A stretch of DNA of 64,000 nt from Candidatus Poribacteria bacterium (GTDB taxonomy: Bacteria; Poribacteria; WGA-4E; PCPOR2b), in contig OZ244587.1 in NCBI GenBank assembly GCA_965218095.1, positions 4,992,001 through 5,056,000 on the forward strand, given 5' to 3'. The notes under the pieces were generated by a model. It was not told the origin of the DNA and did not search any database. It saw nothing but the letters and a program-made list of their open reading frames with translations. The position numbers and the translations under genes were made by a program. This document shows positions 40,278-51,500 of this stretch, piece after piece. The stretch's first letter is position 1, and each line of letters begins with the position of its first letter.

Positions 40278-41082
40278 TTAACGCAAATCCTGCAAGTGGG
40301 TGATAGGTCCCGTATTTCCGAATCCCAGTTCAATCGCTCGCGCCAGCATCTTTTGACGCCGAGGGCCTGCGGTTGAAATCAAGCGGTCACTGTAAAATTG
40401 CCCCCATCCCCGCGTTTCGCCGGCGAGAAATCCGACGAGCCAATCGAAATGCTCCTGATTTTTCTCAGGCGTCGTATTCGGGACACAGTTGATATGGATA
40501 GCGTGGCGGCCGTACTTGTTGCTCAAAGCAGCGTGGTACGTCTTGTGGTTCATAAAGATTATGTCCCCGGTTCGTTGCGGAGCGGATAGCGCCCTGGCAT
40601 CTCGTCGGGAAGCGTCCCCCAATCGTCCCTCATTTTGTTAATCGCCTCCCCAAATTCCTTGAAGTGGCTTCCGGGAATGACGGTGAGGCAGCCTCCTCCG
40701 GAGCAAGTGTATCCAGATAGATCGCCGCCCGCATGCTGAAAAAGCCGTCCGGGGCATAGGCGTCGTGATGCCACCGCGTGCCCCCCGTATGGATAATCCC
40801 TTCGCTGAGAGTCAAGATGAAGTCCTCCCCCATCAAGCCCTCGAAGATGTCTACGATCGCTTCATGGTCTAGCAGGGGATAAAACACCTCCGGGTCATAG
40901 TCGAAGAAAGGCACGATCTGCTGCCGTTTCTCTCCCTGCTTCGGGGTAGGCGCCCCGCTGCGCGCCTTTCTCATCCCCGCATCGAAGGCGTCGGAAATCA
41001 CGCACATCTCCTCCGGAGACAGCAGTCCCTTACACTGAAGAAATCCGAACCGCTGAAAATGATTGATCTGTTCCTGACTCAT
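40278..41082 (-). pseudogene. Phytanoyl-CoA dioxygenase (PhyH) family gene with two frameshifts
   Basis: F..FGFL, WHHD; then GCLTVIPGSH; then GDIIF.NH..YH, each in a different frame. Confidence 0.75.
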
Positions 41083-41349
41083 TATTGTCTTTTCCTCCGT
41101 TGTCAAATCAAGGGAATTTGTGATTACACGTCTCACGCTTCACATGTGACGCCGCTGGAATTGGGAATCAGTTTGGACACTAACCGAGAGATAAAAATTT
41201 CACGTTATCAAGCAGTCGCGTGTGGCGCCGCCAAAAGTGTAACATCAGATATGCAGGAATAGCAAGGAATTTGCTCGAGAACCCCCTGTGCTTACCATCT
41301 CCGCTGAAGCCATAGCGTTATTTTCCCGAAGCAACGCTTTTTCTCGCAT

Positions 41350-41483
41350 GTAGCCGTTCAGGTGACAAAAACGAAGAAAAGGGAGAGGCAATCGAACAGA
41401 TCGCGCTCCAATAAATCGGGATTTCGCTTCGCTCAACTCGTAACGCAAACTGTCAGTTTGCGCCAACCCACCTGAACGGTTAC
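41350..41483. mobile_element. GTAACCGTTCAGG-family MITE-like element
   Basis: gtagccgttcaggtg / cacctgaacggttac inverted repeat. Confidence 0.6.
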
Positions 41484-41581
41484 GTATAAACTTTAACCAA
41501 CGACATTACAGCTTGACGATGTTTCTCACACGATGTTATTATTCCTGAAACCGAAAACTTCGAATGGAGGAATTTTTATCT

Positions 41582-41989
41582 ATGCGTGATCAATCATATA
41601 AGGGATTACAGCGCGACGTCCGTAAAATGGAAACGCCGGGAATCGAAACCTGGGAAAATGAGTATAGCGACAAGGATTACACCATTGAGATCACGAACCC
41701 AGAGTTTACGGCGGTCTGTCCCAAAACCGGGTTGCCGGACTTTGGGACAATTCGGATTAGCTACACTCCCAACGAACAATGTGTCGAACTCAAATCGCTG
41801 AGAGAGTATTTTCTGTTTTTCCGTGATGTCGGCATTTTTCACGAACATGTTGTCAATAAGATTCTAGAGGATTTTGTCGCAGCTTGCGATCCGCGGAAGG
41901 TCGAAATTGTCGGGGATTTTCACATCCGTGGGGGGATTAAAACGGTCGTCCGTGCTGACTATGAACCAGAGGAAAAACACAAAGAATAA
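41582..41989 (+). CDS. queF: NADPH-dependent 7-cyano-7-deazaguanine reductase
   Basis: PEFTAVCPKTGLPDFG, VELKSL, FHE, RGGI motifs; GGAGG RBS. Confidence 0.96.
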   Translation: MRDQSYKGLQRDVRKMETPGIETWENEYSDKDYTIEITNPEFTAVCPKTGLPDFGTIRISYTPNEQCVELKSLREYFLFFRDVGIFHEHVVNKILEDFVAACDPRKVEIVGDFHIRGGIKTVVRADYEPEEKHKE

Positions 41990-42022
41990 GTGGATCGCGG
42001 AATCTTCAATCCGCAGGGCATA

Positions 42023-42684
42023 TCACGTATTGCGTCCCACCCATTGCGGGCTAATCTCGAAACTGTGCAGTCCGTGCCGAAACACAACAACGCTGGCGCC
42101 ATACGGCAGAGTGATCTTTATTTCATACTGGCTGAACCAATCAATAATCCCTGTGATAATCTCCCCGCCTCTAAGGGTTAAGCGCACCGGAATCTTTTCC
42201 CTGTGGCAACGTGGCAGAACACGGTCGTCAACCTGGAATCGCTCAGATTGGCGAGCAACCGAGATCAGGTTTTGTGCTTTCAACTCCGGATCAATCTCAA
42301 CTGACGGAAGAGGCTGGGGTGTCTGATCGCGCTTGTACATATACTTGATGTTGATTTTCTCAATACGGCGCACGTCTCCACTCTCTACGACATCAAGGGC
42401 GTAGGTCAAGCGGCGAATGATGATGCCTTCAACATGTTCCCCGTAAAGCTCAAAAACCATCGGCGTCTTCTTCCGAATCTGCTTTTGAACATAAGCGCGT
42501 CCGTAACCTTCGGCGCGAATCTGAGCCACCAATTCGGGAGCAAGGGGCGGCGTGGTTGTTTTCTGCAGTATGAAGACTTATGGCCCCTACCACGATGCCT
42601 TGGATGCTGAAGTTTTCTGGAGGGATTCTTCTGTGAGGGGTCAGTTGAATCTTGCCGCCAAGCTAAGGTTTCTGAACTCATCAT
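42023..42684 (-). CDS. Protein with two tandem Hfq/Sm-like domains (probable frameshift near 42545, or internal TTG/GTG start)
   Basis: REKIPVRLTLRGGEIITGIIDWFSQYEI...VVFRHGL resembles Hfq [28 protein letters not shown]...MVYKHAI. Confidence 0.55.
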
Positions 42685-42737
42685 CAATGAATAGACATCC
42701 TTATTGCCTATAGGTTCATAGATCAACGCGGGTGCAC

Positions 42738-44690
42738 CTACTTCAACACAACCAGCTTTTTCGTGGCAGAAAATTTACTAGCTTGAATCATGTAATACAC
42801 GCCGCTTGCAACAGACTTGCCCTGCCCATTTCGTCCATCCCAGTAAGAAGCTTTTTCCTTAGAGATATACGCAGTCGCTGAAGCAAGACCAAGATCTATC
42901 ATGTGAACGGGTTTGCCTCGCACGTTATAGATGGTAATGATGACGTGTGCATCTTCAGCAAGGTAGTACGGAATCCATGTTTCAGGATTAAACGGATTCG
43001 GGTAATTTTGCAGAAGTGCGTTCTGAAGCTTGTGCGTCCCCAGCGAAGTCATATCAACCTGATTCCGCCAATTGGCGAAAACCGATCTACCATCGAGATC
43101 GGCAATCCGGACATTTTCGAGGCGAATCGAATTCATCGTCGCATTGATATTCACCTTAACACGGAATGTGATCTGTGCGAGAATGGGCACCAGATTCTCA
43201 GCAATCGACGGGTTCGGTGCATCGATCGCGACCGATCCAAATGTCAGTTTGCCATCAGCAACTTTGGGCGGTAGCCAATAGCTTTGATAACCTTGAGCTT
43301 CAAATAAACCGCCCTTTGTTGCTTCGACAACGGATAATCGCTGGGGCTCGAAATGAAATTCAAATTGGAACCCACCCAGATCAGTCGATGTATCTGCGTG
43401 AACTTGAATCGTAACGAGCTTATCGCCTACTCGGCTTTGAGGCGAAAAAGCAGCGCTCATTTTTATTTCAGTCCTTGCTCCAGTCAAGCTCACAGCTGTC
43501 GGTGCAGCAGCGGTTGAACCATAATTTCGCCAAAGTGGCCACCCACAAGCACAAGATCGAAAATGTTCACCGTACTGTCGCTATTTACATCCGTGGCGGG
43601 GTTCGCAGGTGGCGTCTGTCCAAACTGACTGCCAACGAGCACCAAGTCAAAGATATTGACAACCAGATCGCCGTTGACATCCCAGGGATTCAATTGAATC
43701 TCGGCAAGACAGTAAATTCCGGATTGTGAGGTCGGTGCAGATACGGTATTGTTCGCTGGATCAACGACCTGATTCTCTAACCGAGTCCACTCACCACCAA
43801 TAAACTCGAAGATCTGTGGTGAGTCGGCGGTATCTTTGATGGTTTCAGGATAAGCTAAAGTGACAGTCACGCTTTGGTTGAATGTTTCAACCGATTCACC
43901 GGATTGGCTGGTCACTGTGAGCTCCCGACCGCTGTTGACAATCGCGGCGGGGAGATCGATCAAAGCGTCGTCACTGAGACGCTTAATTGTAACGCTTGCG
44001 GACAGGGAAGGATCTGTGAAAAGCGCATTTCGACCGAATGCAACAGTTGTACCATCGGTGATGGCAGCAACGCCGCCATTACTGGTAATTAAGACCACGT
44101 TGGGGCTGTTAGATACAACGCTGCCCTCATTCCCCGCGGCATCAACTGAAGTGACAGCATAGTAAGCGGTAATCCCTGGAACAATACCGTCATCAATGAA
44201 CTCTGCCTCAACAATTCCGGTTCCAATGGGTTGCAATTCACCCACTTCAGTGATTTCTGTGTCGAAGCGATAGGTGTTGTAGGTGGTCGCATTTTCATCG
44301 ACTTCCCAGGGTAATCGAATGGCATTTCCTGTCGCGTTGATACGTGCAGTAAGCCACGTCGGTGCTGTAGTCGGCGCTTCATTGTCCAATTGCACCGCCA
44401 CAGTGGCATCACCACTACTCCCAACAGCATCAACTGCCTCAACGCGAATGGTGTTATCGCCGAGTTGCAAAGTGACTTCTGCGCGAAAAGCCCCACTCTT
44501 TCCCAAATCCTGGATATCTCCATCATTGACGGTGATTGAGATGGATTGTAGTTCTTCTTCACTGTCATTGGTGACGAGGCCAGTGACAGTCAGGCGATCG
44601 TTCCTGACGAATGCAGGCGGGGCATCAATAGTAACCCGCGGCTGTTCAACGTCCAGGAGAATTTTTTGAGCAGATGAGCGTCCACTCTGA
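42738..44690 (-). pseudogene. C-terminal part of a surface protein: Ig/FN3, dockerin, cohesin and T9SS-A-like CTD, frameshifted near 43525
   Basis: WDVNGDLVVNIFDLVLVG duplicated dockerin; DLGGFQF cohesin; LLQNYPNPFNPETWIPY. Adding one A restores GENYGSTAAAP. Confidence 0.75.
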
Positions 44691-45039
44691 TTACCGATGA
44701 TACCACTGGACAGGTTCAACAGATGCAATCCGAAATCGACCACCTCCGCGAGGCACTGCGCCACCGAGACATGCAGATAGACCAACTGAACTAGCTGCAA
44801 GCTATGCAAACCCAACACAATAGCCAGTTGTTATCTCAATTGCCACCGCCACGCCTGCCGTTGACAACCCGCATCGGAAAACTATTCACGAAGCTAACAT
44901 AGTTCCCTAACCAAACATAAAAAAAGGGATGCATCCGAAGATACACCCCAGTCTGTTAGGATTTTGATTTTAACGTTCAGGTCGGGGAGGCAAGGCGGTT
45001 CAAATGAACCGCTGTCTGCCGCCACCGAGAGATCGCCCT

Positions 45040-46371
45040 TTAAGGGCGGCGCCCCGATGATTGCCCGGCATCAGGGACAGACTTTGGACGACGCTCCCGC
45101 TCAAATTGACGAGCCGCTTCCGGGTCAGATTCCCTTAGACGGCGTAGCCCTTCCTCCGAACCGTACTGGTCAAAGAACTGTTTCGCCTTTGAAAAATGCT
45201 CCGGCGATAACTGTTCTTTGAGTTGTGTTTCAATGCTTTCAGCGGTCAGTGGAGTGGGCGTTTTGTTGGCTGTCTCAATCCTTAGCTCGCTTGGGCGAGA
45301 AGGTGTAGGCTCGACCATGCCGGGTAGATCCGATGGAGAAATCGGGATGTCTGTGCGAACCGGGGCGGTATCTGTATCAAGAGGGCTGCCCCCCTCAGAA
45401 ACGTTTTCTGGTACTGGGTACTCCCCCTTTCGTATCCAACCCGGTAGTGCGTCTTCACCTTCATCGGGCAGAAAACTCACTTTCACAGGCGGTTTATCGG
45501 ACAGTGGTAGTGCTACAGGTGATAACATTTTAACTCTTTCCTTAGTTCTTTCCATCGTTGCCTCAATTTCATCAATCCGTCTTTTCTCAGACTCAGATAA
45601 TGAAAAATCCAGTTCGCCTTGGGCGACTTTTTTCTCAACCTCAGCCATTGAGACACTGTTTTCTATAGACCACGAGAACTTATTAAAATACTCTCGGCGC
45701 CCATGCGAATCCGCTATAGAATAATATTCTTCGGGCGGATAATAATCAACGCCATCTATAATGAGTTTGTTATTCAGCCAGGGTTTTTGTGATAGAGCTG
45801 CCATCTCAATTATGGGTGAGTCTAATTCTGTTTGTGAAATCGCATCTCCCTCCTCATACTCTGAATGACGAGGGACAATCACTTGATGCAGCTTTCCATC
45901 AGGGGTAACAACACGTTGTGTCACCTGTCCTTTAAAATCTTCACGGAGAAGTTTAGTCGCCCTAATCGCCTCCTCCACAGCGGGGGTCATTTTTCCCGTC
46001 TGAGTCCACTCCCTCACTTCTATCGCCTGTTGACTCATGGGCGTGTCAGAAGAGTAGAGCTGACCGGCTATCTCGTAAACATACTCACCATCAACATACT
46101 CACCATCATGCGCATATCCAGACTCAGCCCGTCCCGTCTCCCCAATCTGATCGGGATTCAAAGCAACGGGCAAGCCCTCTCCGCTATGTGTGTGGTCTTT
46201 GGAAGAATGGGCATGTTGCCCCTCAATCGAACGATTAAATGCCTGAGCATTCGACATAAAGTCCTCAAATTCAACATGGTTTTGGTAAGCCCTATATCCA
46301 ACATAAGAGACAGAGAGAAATGCAACAATACAACCCCCAACAATATAGGGGATGAAACAACGCTTTAACAT
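45040..46371 (-). CDS. Hypothetical membrane-anchored protein
   Basis: N-terminal TM helix; C-terminal QYGSEEGLRRLRESDPEAARQFE; AAGGAGG RBS. Confidence 0.75.
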   Translation of the reverse strand: MLKRCFIPYIVGGCIVAFLSVSYVGYRAYQNHVEFEDFMSNAQAFNRSIEGQHAHSSKDHTHSGEGLPVALNPDQIGETGRAESGYAHDGEYVDGEYVYEIAGQLYSSDTPMSQQAIEVREWTQTGKMTPAVEEAIRATKLLREDFKGQVTQRVVTPDGKLHQVIVPRHSEYEEGDAISQTELDSPIIEMAALSQKPWLNNKLIIDGVDYYPPEEYYSIADSHGRREYFNKFSWSIENSVSMAEVEKKVAQGELDFSLSESEKRRIDEIEATMERTKERVKMLSPVALPLSDKPPVKVSFLPDEGEDALPGWIRKGEYPVPENVSEGGSPLDTDTAPVRTDIPISPSDLPGMVEPTPSRPSELRIETANKTPTPLTAESIETQLKEQLSPEHFSKAKQFFDQYGSEEGLRRLRESDPEAARQFERERRPKSVPDAGQSSGRRP

Positions 46372-46909
46372 CAGATGAACCTCCTTCATTGCCTGTTAGG
46401 CAAAGCCTAACAGGCCGACAGTTTGCCAGATATGACACCAGATATTCCACTTGTTTTTTTCTTGAGCCAGTGCCATGCCAGCAATAGATGACTTTCCTAG
46501 CGATCGTTAAGTCTCACCTAACAATCGGTTGTTCCCACCATCTGGGGGCAGCCAGGAACGGTTTACCCCTCCAACTGCTTTAGACACCACAAAGCACAGT
46601 TGCCCACCTTTTGGGGTATAACGTCTTACAGTGAGCATGACAATAGGACCAGGAAGATGACCCTAGATATCTATGCTTATAATGATACTCCGCGTCAATC
46701 ACCATCTCATACTCTCTTTGCATGTGCGCGTGTTCTATAGACGTAATACAATTCAAGCAGGTTGTATTTTTCATGCGCGTTTTACCTGTAGGACCGTCGC
46801 TACGTATATAGGCCACGGTAAGATATATTTTATCGATCTTTACCAAACACGATAGAGATGAATGATCAGCCGCAGCATCCTGTATCTGAAAAGCCGCAAA
46901 CATCCCCAA

Positions 46910-48282
46910 ACTGACTACCAAGACCCCAACAATTACCGGGTCACCATCTGCATCCGCCACTCGGATTGGTATAGAGAACGCTTTATTCTCTCGTACCCGC
47001 CTCCGCCCAAGCGTCCCGATGCTGGGAAGAACGTTGGCGATTGTGAACGCTGTGGTTGCAGGCGGGCTATCTATCTCCTCGTCGTTTGAAACGACCTCAA
47101 CTTTCACAACTGTCCCTTTCGGGATACGGGGACCAGCAGTTGAAGAGCCCTCAAGATCTGTCTGTTTTGTGAACTCTGTTTCGCCCGGTTTCTTAAAGAA
47201 CCACGAAATCCGAACAATGATCAAATCGCCATCTAGATCGGTGCCGCGAGTAATCTCCGGTGTGAGGGTAACAGGGGTTGTCGGTGCACCAGCAGGGAAT
47301 CTAACCATCGGTGCGGTAGAGGGTGAATTCTGGATCGGGATCTCGTCGCTCTTCTTCGACTCACTCTGCTCGCCGCCACTATCAGTTGCTGTCACTTCGA
47401 CGGAAATCTGATCCCCTTTGGCGAATTGACCACGGAGCGTCGCGCTCGTCGCACTCGGAATCAATGAGCTGTTTTTAAGCCATTGATAAAAAAAGGCGCC
47501 AGCGTCGAGTGGACCTTCCTCGAGGTCCGTTGCCTCAGCAGACGCAACCAAAGTGCTTGACACCAAAGCAGGTCTCCCTCCATCAACTTCAACACGAACG
47601 CTGGTTACAATAGGAGGTTCGCTTGGTACTACAATACTAGTGGTACTACAATACTGGTGTTTGAGGCAAGGGTTGCTGAGAAGCTGCCACTGATTTCTAT
47701 CCTATCGCCGGCATTGACAGCATTGGTAAAGACAGTGGTAATAGGAATGGAGTTGCCCACAGGTCCATTAATCTCGACTTTTCCCCTCGTCGTACCGCCG
47801 ATACTTGCCCTCAGGTCCCTTATGACGCTGTTAATCTCAATCATGAAGGTGAGTGTTTTATCAGCCGGAACAGTAATCGTGCGTTCAATGGTCTTCTCCT
47901 CCTCGAACTTAACAGCGCCAATTAAAAGATTTACGAGGTCATTTGAGGTTCTGACACTAATGGCATAGGTTTCGACGAGTTGATATGTCCTCTCACCTAA
48001 GGTCACCTCAAACGAGCCGCCACGAATCGTCTCCTCTCCCGCATGAAAATCTTTGCTAAAACCGGTGCCTTTGATTGACACCGCTCCATTGATAGAAATG
48101 TCGTTAAGGTCCAGAGAAAGTGTCAATCCTTGAAAGAAATTTTGTGGAGCTGTAGAAAATCCACTGCCACTTAAAGAAATCCCTACCGTGCGTTCATCAG
48201 CCCAAACAGAACCAATACCGAACATACTGAGAAAACAGAACAAGGCCAAACCTGTAATAATTGCTTTACGAGAACTTTTCAT
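46910..48282 (-). pseudogene. N-terminal part of a secreted Ig-repeat protein broken by a 17-bp duplication and truncated
   Basis: Signal peptide. Removing one copy of 47624-47657 fuses the 47629-48282 and 46580-47566 ORFs in frame. D.DGD Ig/cadherin-like motifs. Confidence 0.7.
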
Positions 48283-48484
48283 CTGATGCTCCTGTGGTGA
48301 GTAGTTACATAATATTGGGGGCAGGAGATTTAGCTAGATAAAAATCTTTACGGTGTGGAAACAACTTCAGTAACTGGAGATAGGCGTCATTATAACACTT
48401 TCTGAAATCCAATTCAACAACAAATTCGGTTTGTTGCTTTGAGACAAGTCAACAGAGACTTAAATGGCAGATGTTCTCCCAAAT

Positions 48485-48521
48485 AAAAAAGGCGTCTGAG
48501 AAATATATCCCAAACGCCTTT
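48485..48521 (-). terminator. Rho-independent terminator of the TPR gene
   Basis: aaaggcgt/acgccttt stem with an A-run on the + strand. Confidence 0.65.
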
Positions 48522-48559
48522 GTTGAAAGGGTTAATGAATTGAACTCACATGTGGCGAC

Positions 48560-51500
48560 CTATTCGCCACCGCCGGCACGACGTGGGATGTTCTGTGATT
48601 TCATATAATCCGTGATCATACTAATCTGTTTTTGCGCATACGTCAACGCCCGATTGACCTGTGTATCGCTAGGCGGAACGGTTGCGTACTTGTTCCACAA
48701 CGCATCAAAGGAATCGAGTGCGCTGTTATAGAATTCATCATTGTCATTTGCCAGCATCATATATGCTTCACCAATTTGCACCAGAGAAAGGTCGGCATAC
48801 TTGCTGGTGGGATAGGTTTTGATAATCTCTTTGAACTCAGCGATCGCCTTTTCAACGGCTGCATTTCGTTGATCTTCCGGTGCCACTTTCGCCCGATCGA
48901 AATTGGCAGTCGCCTGGATATACACATCCGCTGAGAGAGATCTTACCGTATCACGCAGGAAAAGCCCAGCGGTTTCTTTGGACTTTTGGTTGATGCCGGA
49001 AACACCCAGTGCTTTACTATACTGTTCGACAGCCAGTTTGTAAAGGCGGATACGTTCCTCATTTTCAATATCTGGGACAGATCCCTGGTTAAAGTAGGTG
49101 TTGCCGACGTTGATAAACGCTTCCGCTGCAAAGGGGCTGGTTGAATAGTCCTTTGCAAGCACTTCGTTAATCTTAAACACCTCATCGAGCCATTTCGCTC
49201 CGGCATCGTTTCCGGCATCTTTCGCCAGGAGGGTATAGCAGGTGGAAATCGCGGCGAGAGATTCAGCAGCACTCTCATGCTTCGGATTTAATTTACGGAC
49301 CTTGCTATACTCACGAATCGCTTTCAGGTACTTCTGAGCAGCATAATATGACTCGCCTGCCTGATACTGCAAAAACGGTGCATCTTTCGCCCTGGGGAAG
49401 CGCCGGACAAGGGCTTTGAATGTTTCCCCTGCCTGCTCAAAGAAGCCAATCGTCTTTTCAGAGAGCCCATCATCAAAACCGAGTTGCATTCGCCCCAGCT
49501 CGAAGTAGGTCGGACCAAGGTAGGTTAACATGGTCTGAACATTTTTCGACACATCTGCTGAAGCGGGGAAAACGCCTTTGTCAGCATATTCCACGAATTG
49601 CTTCAGCACGGGGACAGCGCTATTGAGATCCTCTGGGAGTTTGATCCCTGTACCGAGCGAATAGTAAATCTGCCCAGCCTGGAATAGGGCATTCTGGATA
49701 AACGGGATAAGGGTTTTATCTATCTCTTCAATCGGTTGTGCGACATTCGCCACTTCAGAGTAGGCGCCTGCCGATTGCCGACTCGCATCAATATACGGCT
49801 GTAAATCGGTGCCAGGTTTATCAGAGAAGAGCTTTCGCGCCTTATCGAAGTACAGGTAACCGAGGTTATACTGTGCGGAAACTTTCTGTCCAGTTGTTTG
49901 CGCCGATTCGCGCGCCGCAAGCGCTTGAGCAATTGCGTCCTCCAGACGCCCTATTTTCACATAGAGGTCAGATCTGCGGATGCCCGCATCAGCAGCCATT
50001 GACTGAATATTTGGGTTGGATTCAGCGCCAAACTGGGTGTTAAGGGTTTCGTATGCTTTGAGGGCATTTTGAGGCTCATTGAGTTTTTCTTGATAAATCA
50101 ATCCCATACGATAATATGCCTGGGCTTTGATGAGCGGCGCCTGAGCAAGTTCAATGGCATTCTGGTAGTTGAGCAATGCATCGTCATACTGCTTGAGATG
50201 CTCATCTTGCGCATACGCTACAGCGAAGTAGGAACGCCCCTTCAGATCATCATCGTCTGTATGCTGAATCACGTACTGATATTCTTGCACGGCTGCTGCG
50301 TGATCGCCAACAGCAGTATCCAACTCCGCGAGACGCGAATGCGCTTGACGAATCAGGTCCTGACGGGGAGGGTCCTCCGTTTGACCCTCATAAGCGGTCG
50401 CGTGACGAAAAGCCTCAATTGCACCCGGATTATCATTCAAACCAAACTTTGCAAGCCCCAGCGTATAATACGCGCTGATTGCTGTATCAACATCGGGGTT
50501 TCTCTCAACAACCTGTGTCGCCGCATTCACAGTATTCTGGAATGAAAGCTGCTTGGTTTGCTCGTCTGCGCTGTTTTGACCTATCTGATAGTGGGAGACA
50601 GCGGTTTGGTATAACGCATTCATCACAAGTTCGCTGTTGGGGAACATCTGGACGAATGTCTGGTATTCGGCGATGGCTTGTGCATGCTCACCCGCCCCAT
50701 AGAACAAGTGACCAATTTTCAACTGCGCCCGCGAACGAGAGTCTTCTGGTGCACCTGTATTCTCCACAATACGCCGTAGACTCGCAACTAGTTCAAGCAT
50801 CTGCTCTTCGGAGTCGAGCCCCTGTTTTTCGATGGCAGTGGCTTTAACCAGATCGATATGCCCTAACGTCTTTTTGATGATTTCGTTGTCGCTGCTGCCG
50901 TGTTTCGCGTAGGCAAGATCTGCCGTTTCCAGCACCTTTGGCCACGCCTCTGAGTTGCCGGCCTGTGCCATATCACGATAGGCAAGGGCAAGCCCGTAAT
51001 ACGATTCAACGGCATTCGGACTATCACTATAATCGTCAATCGATTTTTGGAAGGCAGCAACGCATTTTTCGAGGAGGGCTGCATCCTCGGATGCAGCTTT
51101 GTAGTAACAAAGTCCAACAAGATACTGTGCATCGTCGGCATACTCACCGGCGGGGTTGCCTGCGACGACGCTTTCATAACGAGCTGCTGCTTCAGCAAAT
51201 TGCTCGTCGGCGCGCAGCAGGTCTGCCAGCTTGATTTCCGCGAGTGAACGATTATCCGGACTCAAAAGACCTTTGCCATCTTCCGTCTGCGAGTCAAGTA
51301 GAAACCGATATATCGTCACTGCCTCATTGGGATTTCCTTCCTTGACATGACTCTGTGCAATCAGCAACTGAGCACGCTCATAATTCTCGCTTGTCTGAGG
51401 AATCGCGGCGTAGAGATCACGGGCTTTATCCCAACCATGGAGTTTTTCGTGAGCAAGCGCCTGATTCATCATACAGGCTTCAACCTGCAGTGGACGTTGC

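Noticed and set aside
41490-41581. preQ1 riboswitch upstream of queF
   Set aside because: The leader after the predicted promoter is very short and shows no preQ1 stem with A-rich tail.
46580-46910. C-terminus of the 328-aa ORF as part of the Ig-repeat protein
   Set aside because: Composition changes abruptly after DADGDPVIV, indicating read-through into unrelated inserted DNA.
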